DNA from: Patescibacteria group bacterium
GTDB taxonomy: Bacteria > Patescibacteriota > Patescibacteriia > JACRDY01
DNA: 64,000 nucleotides
NCBI GenBank assembly: GCA_041650515.1
Contig: JBAZLA010000002.1
Location: 167,659 to 231,658 of the forward strand
Direction: 5' to 3'
The notes below the pieces were generated by a model. That model made no database searches, was not told where the DNA came from, and saw only the letters and a program-made list of their open reading frames with translations. Shown here piece by piece: positions 10,763-17,554 of this stretch (position 1 is the first letter of the stretch; each line of letters begins with the position of its first letter). The position numbers and the translations under genes were made by a program.

Positions 10763-10932
10763 CGGGGGTTTGGGGGTGGGCTCGGCGCAGAATCCCGCCC
10801 CGACCTTGCTGACCCTAGCTAAGGGGCGGGACGGGTTAAACCGTAAGAAGATGAACAATGAATCGCGCCTCATGAGCCCCAGTCCGCCAGCTGGCGGATC
10901 TTTTGCTACTTTTTTGGCTTCAAAAAAGTAAA
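10763..10932 (+). repeat. ~160-nt structured intergenic repeat, copy A (diverged core)
   Basis: Begins GGGGGTTTGGGGG. Internal hairpin TCCCGCCCC...GGGGCGGGA. Ends CCCC-A-GT...CTACTTTTTTGGCTTCAAAAAAGTAAA. The 5' and 3' arms are complementary (a closing helix). Confidence 0.75.
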
Positions 10933-11078
10933 TAACTTTATGGTATAAACGTTCAGATCCCTCGACTCGGAGTTTACCCTGAGCGCAGCGAAGGGGTCGG
11001 GATGACAAATTGAATGGGCCTCGTGGAGTAGACGAAGATTGCTTCACCAGCTCACAATGACATATCAAATAATTAACT

Positions 11079-11114
11079 ACATGCTATGTACTGCGTACTA
11101 AGTACTAACATACA
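11079..11114. repeat. Single-arm GTACTNN heptad array fused to the dprA stop codon
   Basis: On the coding strand the dprA 3' end reads ...ATG TAT GTT AGT ACT TAG TACGCAG TACATAG. TAG plus the (TACNNAG) heptads is the same motif that follows the ppsA, O-antigen-ligase and FG-GAP-protein stops. Confidence 0.6.
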
Positions 11115-12192
11115 TCTGATTACCCAAATTTTTTACCTTACCCTTCATCTCCATCATCACCAAAACCGAGTTGACCACGCTAATTATTAAACCGCTCTGA
11201 GCGACTAATTCATCAATATGGACTGGCTCTTTAGACAGCAGAGACAAAATCACTGCCTCGGTTGGTGTTTCAGCTAGTACCTGTCGATTGGTAATATAAT
11301 TTTTGACTTGGCCTAGATTTAAAGCTTCCAAGATCTCACCAGCACCAGTAATTAACTTAGCTCCTTGTTTAATCAGATTATTAGGACCAACCGAGTTGGG
11401 GCTATAGATACTACCGGGCAAAGCAAAAACTTCGCGGTTTTGATCCAGCGCCGACTGAGCAGTGATTAAGGCGCCACTATCCTCAGCGGCCTCCACTACT
11501 ACGGTACCTAAACCTAGCCCAGAAATCAAGCGATTGCGTTGCGGAAAATTTTGGCGGTGACCCGGCATGCCGCAGGGAAACTCTGAAATTATCGCTCCAC
11601 CAGCAGCAACAATCTCTTTAATTAAATTTCGATTAGCGGCTGGATAAACGCTGTGCCAATCTAAACCCGTACCCAAGACGGCAATGGTGCGGCCGCCGGC
11701 AGCTAAAGTTGCCTGATGGGCAATCGAATCAATACCAAAAGCTAAACCACTGATCACCGTCACTTGATTGGCCACCAAACCTCTAACAATTTCGGCAGTT
11801 GTCTGCTGACCATAAATAGTTGGCTTGCGACTACCCACTACCGCTATACTAAACTTATCAGCCGCCGCCAACTGACCACGAATATAAAGCAAAGGTGGAT
11901 AATCATAAATTTCTTTAAGTAACGCTGGATACTCTTCGTCTTGATAATCTATCACTCTAATCCCCTCCTCGATTAATTGCTCAACTAAAAAGTCTAAATC
12001 TAGTCTCGCCCGATCAGCAACAATCTTCTGGGCGACGGCTAAGGAAAAACCAACGTTAATTAAATCACTTAAACTGGCTTGAAAAAAACTAGCCGCTGGT
12101 TTGAACCTGCTTAAAATCCGCACAAAACGCCGTGGGCCGATTGCCTCAATAGCTGAAATTCCCAACCAATATTTAAGCTCATTTTGATCCAT
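11098..12192 (-). CDS. dprA: DNA processing protein A (DprA/Smf)
   Basis: 364 aa. Rossmann-like core IAVVGSRKPTIYGQQ...VISGLAFGIDSIAHQ, and C-terminal winged-helix region. Upstream of topA on the same strand, as in many bacteria. Confidence 0.85.
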   Translation of the reverse strand: MDQNELKYWLGISAIEAIGPRRFVRILSRFKPAASFFQASLSDLINVGFSLAVAQKIVADRARLDLDFLVEQLIEEGIRVIDYQDEEYPALLKEIYDYPPLLYIRGQLAAADKFSIAVVGSRKPTIYGQQTTAEIVRGLVANQVTVISGLAFGIDSIAHQATLAAGGRTIAVLGTGLDWHSVYPAANRNLIKEIVAAGGAIISEFPCGMPGHRQNFPQRNRLISGLGLGTVVVEAAEDSGALITAQSALDQNREVFALPGSIYSPNSVGPNNLIKQGAKLITGAGEILEALNLGQVKNYITNRQVLAETPTEAVILSLLSKEPVHIDELVAQSGLIISVVNSVLVMMEMKGKVKNLGNQMYVST

Positions 12193-12250
12193 AATTTTGG
12201 CTTAAAATAACAAAATTTATTTAAAATAAGCTAAAATTTTCCACCTACCA

Positions 12251-12285
12251 TTGACAAAAAAATATAAGTATGCTAATATACAGTG
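12251..12285 (+). promoter_or_regulatory. Near-consensus sigma-70 promoter (TTGACA - 17 nt - TGcTAATAT extended -10) on the plus strand with no downstream ORF
   Basis: ttgaca at 12251-12256, then a 17-nt spacer ending in TG-c, then taatat at 12274-12279. The predicted TSS is about 12286. Confidence 0.5.
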
Positions 12286-12500
12286 TTATATACCGGTCAT
12301 TAAATTAATCTAAACTTTTCGTCCGTCTATTTGCCGGCGGTGAAATCAACGGAACCCCTCCTAACCGGAGAAAGTAACCACCAAGCCAAGGTTGGCTGGA
12401 TTTTTCCAGTTTGATCTTGCGCCGGCTAATAGGCGGAAGAACCGCCTAATTGTTCATTTAACTAAATGCAAAACCCCCGAGTTCGGGGGTTTTGTGTTAG
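12286..12500 (+). ncRNA. Candidate small RNA (~210 nt) delimited by the promoter above and a plus-strand intrinsic terminator
   Basis: No ORF on either strand. Internal helices: gccggcg / cgccggc enclosing about 80 nt, agccaagg/ttggct, and ctgga-tttt-tccag. The terminator aaaCCCCCGAGTTCGGGGGTTTTGTGTT at 12471-12498 reads best on the plus strand. Identity unknown. The SRP-RNA GGAA/AGCAG core is not seen. Confidence 0.35.
12471..12498. terminator. Intrinsic terminator (GC stem CCCCCGAGTTCGGGGG + T-run), downstream of pth and of the candidate sRNA
   Basis: 5-6 bp G/C stem, 4-nt loop, TTTTGTGTT on plus strand. Weaker U-run on minus strand. Confidence 0.65.
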
Positions 12501-12519
12501 TCAAAAATTATTTTTCCGA

Positions 12520-13080
12520 TTAATTAAACTGGCTCATCGCTTCTTGATAGCCTTGCTCAATAATTACTTTCACCGCCTCAGCCGCTTCGATGATAACGCC
12601 AGTTAATTCTTTTTTCTCACTCGCGCTAAATCGCTCCAGGACAAATTGGTCCGCTGGGATTTTAGCCGCTAGTTCATTCTTGATCCCCAATCGAACACGA
12701 ATAAAATCCTGACTGCCCAAAGCAGTAATAATTGATTTAACGCCGTTGTGTCCCGCTGCGCTGGCGTCTTTAGAAATTTTAATCTGCTCAAAAATTAAAT
12801 CCTTATCATCATGAATGATAATTAAATCGCTCAGCTTTAAACGTGGGTTTTTCTTTTTTAAAAACAAAAAAGTCTGGCCAGAATTATTCATAAAAGTTGT
12901 TGGTTTGACCAACATTATCTCTTGACCGGCTAATTCTATCTCATAATATAAACCAGGCAGACGCTTATTTTCTTTCCACTCCCCTTTACCAGCCAGTTGA
13001 TCCAAAACCAGCCAGCCAAAATTATGGCGGGTTTTTTGATATTGTCTGCCAGGGTTACCTAGACCAATAATGAGCTTCAT
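12520..13080 (-). CDS. pth: Peptidyl-tRNA hydrolase
   Basis: 186 aa. MKLIIGLGNPGRQYQKTRHNFGW is the Pth signature N-terminus, and the HNG motif (AAGHNGVKSI) is present. Confidence 0.9.
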   Translation of the reverse strand: MKLIIGLGNPGRQYQKTRHNFGWLVLDQLAGKGEWKENKRLPGLYYEIELAGQEIMLVKPTTFMNNSGQTFLFLKKKNPRLKLSDLIIIHDDKDLIFEQIKISKDASAAGHNGVKSIITALGSQDFIRVRLGIKNELAAKIPADQFVLERFSASEKKELTGVIIEAAEAVKVIIEQGYQEAMSQFN

Positions 13081-13088
13081 ATTAACAT

Positions 13089-13400
13089 TTAATAAGCGAT
13101 TTGCGCGCCCGGACAGTTAACCTCAACCCACTGACAATAAGCCGCCTCATCCTCGGTCATCATCGGCATGCAGCTAAGCCACTCACCAGCCGCTGGACAT
13201 TTAGGCGTCACCTTGGCGGTGACCGGCTGACTGGTATCGGCTGGCGCAGTTATATCAAGCGACGCCGGACCAACCACTGACTGATTAACTGCTGGCTCAT
13301 CAATGATGGGTTGATCATTATCAGCCGCTGGCTTTTTAGCGCAACCAGCCAAAACTACCAAACTAACTACAAATAATAAAATAAAGGCAGTTCGTCGCAT
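13089..13400 (-). CDS. Small lipoprotein, hypothetical
   Basis: 103 aa. Signal peptide plus lipobox MRRTAFILLFVVSLVVLAGC. Cys-containing C-terminal region. Confidence 0.5.
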   Translation of the reverse strand: MRRTAFILLFVVSLVVLAGCAKKPAADNDQPIIDEPAVNQSVVGPASLDITAPADTSQPVTAKVTPKCPAAGEWLSCMPMMTEDEAAYCQWVEVNCPGAQIAY

Positions 13401-13401
13401 A

Positions 13402-14280
13402 TTATAAACGCTTAATTAATGACTGCAATTCATCCTCGGAATAAAATTCAATTATAACTTTACCTCGGCCATTTTTCTTCTCAATTTTAACTTTAGTCCC
13501 TAGTTTACGCCGTAGTTCCTCTTCTTGGGCTAATAAATTAGCATCGGGTAATAGCGGACTACCATCAGCCTTAACCTTAGCTGGTTTGGCCGCTTTGATG
13601 TGCTGCTCAGTCTGTCGAACACTTAGCTCTTCTTTGATAATTTTCTTAAAAAATTTTACCTGCTCATTCGGATCTTCAATACCCGCCAACACCTTAGCAT
13701 GGCCCTCAGAAATTTTTTCCTGACTAATTGCTTCTTGAACCTCAGCTGGCAAATCTAACAACCGTAAGGTGTTAGCCACCGCCGCCCGCGATTTACTTAC
13801 TTTCTGGGCGACCTCTTCCTGAGTCAAAGAAAACTCATCAAGCAGCCGCTGATAAGCCACTGCTTCTTCGATAGGGTTTAGATCCTGGCGTTGCACATTT
13901 TCAATAATTGCCAACTCCAACTTTTGGCTCTCGCTAGCCTGGCGAACAATCGCCGGCACCGTTGCTAACGTCAAAACTTTGGCGGCTCGTAATCGTCGCT
14001 CGCCAGCAATCAATTCATAGCCAGCACCTTCTTGAGTAACAATTAATGGCTGCAGAATGCCGTGTTCTTTGATCGAATTGATTAATTCTTCCAAAGCGCT
14101 ATGACCAAACTCTTGCCGCGGCTGGTGGGGATTAACACTAATTTTTTCCACCGGCAACAACAAAATTCGTTCACCACCGATAGTCTCGTCGGGTTTATCC
14201 ACCGCCGGCATAGTCGGCAAAATAACTTTTTTGGGGATTAAGGAATCCAGACCTCTGCCTAATGACATAAATAAATCCAA
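13402..14280 (-). CDS. parB: Chromosome partitioning protein ParB
   Basis: 292 aa. ParB box GERRLRAAK (LIAGERRLRAAKVL), an HTH region, and a C-terminal dimerisation domain. Immediately downstream of parA. Confidence 0.87.
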   Translation of the reverse strand: MDLFMSLGRGLDSLIPKKVILPTMPAVDKPDETIGGERILLLPVEKISVNPHQPRQEFGHSALEELINSIKEHGILQPLIVTQEGAGYELIAGERRLRAAKVLTLATVPAIVRQASESQKLELAIIENVQRQDLNPIEEAVAYQRLLDEFSLTQEEVAQKVSKSRAAVANTLRLLDLPAEVQEAISQEKISEGHAKVLAGIEDPNEQVKFFKKIIKEELSVRQTEQHIKAAKPAKVKADGSPLLPDANLLAQEEELRRKLGTKVKIEKKNGRGKVIIEFYSEDELQSLIKRL

Positions 14281-14354
14281 TATTTGTTATTTGATATTTA
14301 TTATTTGATTATCTGTCTCAACCTTCCAAATAACAAATATCAAATAGCTAATAT
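14281..14354. promoter_or_regulatory. Heptad-periodic palindrome (TATTTGN x4 / CAAATAN x3) filling the parA-parB intergenic gap; operator-like
   Basis: tatttgttatttgatatttattatttga ... caaataacaaatatcaaatag. The arms are reverse-complementary. The same core (ATATTTGTT..AACAAATGGCAAATATC(AAATATC)x3) recurs upstream of ppsA at 61281-61345. Confidence 0.55.
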
Positions 14355-15116
14355 TCACTCCGTCGCTAAAATTTCTCGCGCTAATCTTTCGTAGGCTCGC
14401 GCCCCTTTAGAAAACGGCCGATAATGCAATATTGACTGGCCATAGGATGGCGCCTCGGCTAACTGCACCGTCCGCGGAATAATCGACCGAAAAATCCGAT
14501 TAGGAAAATAACGATATAACTGCTCCATCACCTCGGTCGATAGTTTGTTACGACGATCATACATCGTCAGCACCGCGCCCAGAACTTTCAAATCAGGCTT
14601 CAGATTATCCCGAACTAAATTAATCGTATTGAGTAACTGGCCCAAACCTTCCAAGGCGTAGTATTCGGCCTGCACCGGGATTAACACTTCTTGGCCGGCC
14701 GTCAAACTATTAATAGTAATTAAACCTAGAGAAGGCGGACAATCAATCAGAATATAATCATACCCACCATGGCCTTCGAGCAAAGCCTGATGTAACTTAT
14801 ACTCCCGTTCGTTTTCGTTAACTAATTCAATACCCGCGCCAGCCAAAGAGATAGTCGCCGGTGCCACCTTTAGACCAACGTGTTTAGTCGGTATAGTCAC
14901 CTGGCTCAATCGATGTTGACCAGTCAGCACTTCATAAATACCCTTGCTCAAACCTTGATGATCAATCCCCAGACCCGAAGTAGCGTTAGCTTGCGGGTCC
15001 ATATCAACTAATAAAACGTTCTGGCCAGCTTGGGCTAAATAAGCAGCTAGATTAACAGCCGTGGTGGTTTTACCCACCCCGCCTTTTTGGTTAACAATCG
15101 AAATAATGCGTGCCAT
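14355..15116 (-). CDS. parA: Chromosome partitioning ATPase ParA/Soj
   Basis: 253 aa. Deviant Walker A motif NQKGGVGKTTTAVNLAAYLA. Confidence 0.9.
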   Translation of the reverse strand: MARIISIVNQKGGVGKTTTAVNLAAYLAQAGQNVLLVDMDPQANATSGLGIDHQGLSKGIYEVLTGQHRLSQVTIPTKHVGLKVAPATISLAGAGIELVNENEREYKLHQALLEGHGGYDYILIDCPPSLGLITINSLTAGQEVLIPVQAEYYALEGLGQLLNTINLVRDNLKPDLKVLGAVLTMYDRRNKLSTEVMEQLYRYFPNRIFRSIIPRTVQLAEAPSYGQSILHYRPFSKGARAYERLAREILATE

Positions 15117-15119
15117 AAT

Positions 15120-15199
15120 AAATCACCTAACGTGAGACGCCTAACTCCTAACAAAATTATGTACTTTTGTTACGTATCTCATGTTACGTGTTACGTAAA
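15120..15199. repeat. Heptad tandem arrays (CCTAACN and GTTACGT) between parA start and upstream gene
   Basis: cctaacgtgagacgcctaactcctaac ... gttacgtatctcatgttacgtgttacgtaa. Same 7-nt periodicity, but a different unit from the GTACT family. Confidence 0.5.
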
Positions 15200-16522
15200 T
15201 TAAGAAGTGATTTCCGCCCCGTCCGGATAGCTCTCCCAATCCGGAATTGTAATAATCTCATCCCAGTGATAGCCCAGACCCAGAAAAACAGTTTCATTTA
15301 GAATATGCCGTCGCTGCCCATCGGCAGTAATTAAAAAAACTTGAGGATAAGTCTGATATTTAATCAAAGTCCCAGCTGGATGGCGATAAGTAATAATCAA
15401 ATCCGCGCCAGCGGTGTAGCGGTTTAGCTCGGTTTCACTAATAGTCTGTATCTTGTCCCAGTGATAACCCAAACCAAGAAAAACCGCCTCGCTAGTAATC
15501 CAGCATTTTTGGCCATTACTTAAAACATAGATTTGTGATCCTGCCGCCCCTTTGATCAAGGTACCATCTTTTAAAATCGGCATCGATTCCTCAACCGGCG
15601 GCGTTGATGGTTCAACGTTTTTAGTATAATTAACTATCGTTATTGAGCTATAACCAATATTACCAGAATTATCAGTCGCTTCGGCTTTCAAATAATAGAT
15701 GCCCTCGGCTAGCGGCGTCCAACCATATTGCCAGGCTAAATAACTCGCTGAGCTAATAGATAAAGTTGACCAGATTAGGTTAGCCTCGCTAGTGCCAATA
15801 CCTAAACGAACGCTAGTTATATTCCCCCGTCCTTGATCACGAGTCTCGCCGCTGATAGTAATCGGCAAACTGCTCAAACTGACGCCGGCAGCTGGCGTAT
15901 TAATAATAATCTGAGGTGCCAAAAAATCGATAGTGGAAGTATTCACCGCTTGTAAATTGGAGCTTAATAAATCGCCGTCGGTTGGACCATCGTGTGGTGA
16001 AGCTAAATATAGACCAGCATCGCTCAGATCAAAAACGCCGTTATCATTATTATCAACTAACGCCGGCACATAGAACTGAAGCGTTTTTCGGCTGTTAATC
16101 GAAACCGCCGTATCAATAGTAGCAAATAATCGTAGGCCGTTAGTGCCGACCGTAGCCGCTAAATTATTCAGATACCATAAGCTATTGTTACCATCATAAG
16201 TGGCGGTACCTAATAATTGATCCGTCCCCCAGCCTTGCCAGCCGGCCGACCCACCATCCGCCCAGACCTTAACTGCTGCAATCTCATAGCTTACTCGCGC
16301 GTTACCATTATTTTTAAAAGTAATCGCCTGCAAAGTGTCATTTGTCCCATCAGTTTTTAGATTAGGAACAGTGATATCCAAAACTAAATTATCCCAAGTC
16401 GTGGGATATAAAAAATCAGTGGCGGTATCATTAACTGTAAAATCACTAATCACCGCCGCTGAGACGCTACCAACTGCTAAGGCCAAAAATAAAAAACACA
16501 CTAAAGCAATTTTTTTAAACAT
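15200..16522 (-). CDS. Secreted hypothetical protein with C-terminal paired ~45-aa repeat module
   Basis: 440 aa. Signal peptide MFKKIALVCFLFLALAVGSVSA. The C-terminus has two copies of the motif ...ETVFLGLGYHWDxI.... The same module recurs in the 1238-aa and 1830-aa proteins. Confidence 0.55.
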   Translation of the reverse strand: MFKKIALVCFLFLALAVGSVSAAVISDFTVNDTATDFLYPTTWDNLVLDITVPNLKTDGTNDTLQAITFKNNGNARVSYEIAAVKVWADGGSAGWQGWGTDQLLGTATYDGNNSLWYLNNLAATVGTNGLRLFATIDTAVSINSRKTLQFYVPALVDNNDNGVFDLSDAGLYLASPHDGPTDGDLLSSNLQAVNTSTIDFLAPQIIINTPAAGVSLSSLPITISGETRDQGRGNITSVRLGIGTSEANLIWSTLSISSASYLAWQYGWTPLAEGIYYLKAEATDNSGNIGYSSITIVNYTKNVEPSTPPVEESMPILKDGTLIKGAAGSQIYVLSNGQKCWITSEAVFLGLGYHWDKIQTISETELNRYTAGADLIITYRHPAGTLIKYQTYPQVFLITADGQRRHILNETVFLGLGYHWDEIITIPDWESYPDGAEITS

Positions 16523-16542
16523 AAATTTTTTATAATAAAATC

Positions 16543-17211
16543 CTATTGAGTCAATTTGGCCCGAACCTCAGCCAATTCCTCCGCCGCGGCTACGTTATTG
16601 GGATCGAGTACTACTAATTGTTCGTAATATTTAATCGCTTCTTGCAAATTATCAATGTCTTTATAGAACACCGCCAACATAGCAACAAACTCGCGCTGAT
16701 TATCCGGATTCATCGCCAGGCCGTTAAGTAATATCGGACCAAGACTGGTATATTTTTCGGGCATCTTATATTGATATAAATCAGCCAAATCACGATAAGT
16801 ATTTAACCACTTCGGATTAAACTGAATAATTTTGAGATAAAGCTCCTCGGCTTGGTCATACTCACCGATTGAATAATAAACACCAGCCAAATTACTCATC
16901 GCCAAAGTGTCATTGGGCTTTTTGTCCAGCGCTTTTTTGTATAGCTTGACCGAACCATCCGGGTCGCCGCCGTAATCACGCAACCGGGCCAACTCAATAA
17001 CCGAGATAACATCCTGGTCATCTTGTTGTACTTTATTCACTACTTCCTGATATTCCACTTTCTGTTCAGGGGTCAATTGCAAATCATCTGGTTTGGTCCA
17101 GTCAAAGTTAGATTCGTGGGTGTTCGACCGCCAAACAAAAGTACCCAGAAGCACTACAAAAACTACTCCAATAATGATAAAAGGCAAGCTATTTTTGATC
17201 TTTTTGAACAT
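16543..17211 (-). CDS. TPR-repeat protein with N-terminal TM anchor
   Basis: 222 aa. TM helix LPFIIIGVVFVVLLGTFVW, then TPR-like repeats (AMSNLAGVYYSIGEYDQAEELYLKIIQFNP...). Confidence 0.6.
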   Translation of the reverse strand: MFKKIKNSLPFIIIGVVFVVLLGTFVWRSNTHESNFDWTKPDDLQLTPEQKVEYQEVVNKVQQDDQDVISVIELARLRDYGGDPDGSVKLYKKALDKKPNDTLAMSNLAGVYYSIGEYDQAEELYLKIIQFNPKWLNTYRDLADLYQYKMPEKYTSLGPILLNGLAMNPDNQREFVAMLAVFYKDIDNLQEAIKYYEQLVVLDPNNVAAAEELAEVRAKLTQ

Positions 17212-17321
17212 AAATTGTCCTCTCTTTCTTACTTTATTCTAGCATAATATTTTAATTTAGTTAAGCACGGATTAAACTTCCATTTTATCCTTTATAAAGC
17301 AATTGAGCAGATACAAAATAG

Positions 17322-17478
17322 TGGGGGTTTGGGGTTGGCACGGGGCAGAGCTGAGCTCCAACCGTTTCTGATTACGTCGAGGAGCGAGGCGGGTAAAACC
17401 GTAGGCAGACCAACAATACTTTACCCCTTGCCAACCCAAAAACTTTTTTGATTACTTTTTTGGTTACAAAAAAGTAAT
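17322..17478 (+). repeat. ~160-nt structured intergenic repeat, copy B
   Basis: GGGGGTTTGGGGTTGGCACGGGGC...TTCTGATTACGTCGAGGAGCGAGGCGGG...GCCCCTTGCCAACCCAAAAACTTTTTTGATTACTTTTTTGGTTACAAAAAAGTAAT. Confidence 0.8.
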
Positions 17479-17485
17479 CACATAC

Positions 17486-17513
17486 AAAAACCTCCGATTG
17501 CTCGGAGGTTTTT
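17486..17513. terminator. Bidirectional intrinsic terminator downstream of the 1238-aa surface protein gene
   Basis: aaaaa-cctccgattgctcggagg-ttttt. Confidence 0.7.
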
Positions 17514-17554
17514 GGGCAGTTTTGAAAAAGATGCTGCCAAACTCGATGAGACTA

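Noticed and set aside
10751-11068. 105-aa ORF on the minus strand
   Set aside because: It is entirely the reverse translation of structured-repeat copy A plus the heptad array. The 35004-35225 ORF over copy C is the same case.
12286-12500. Considered SRP (4.5S) RNA or RNase P RNA for the orphan transcript
   Set aside because: The universally conserved helix-8 GGAA tetraloop with 3' AGCAGC core is absent (only a weak AGCCAAGG resemblance). The length is too short for RNase P and lacks the AGGAAAGUCC-type motifs.
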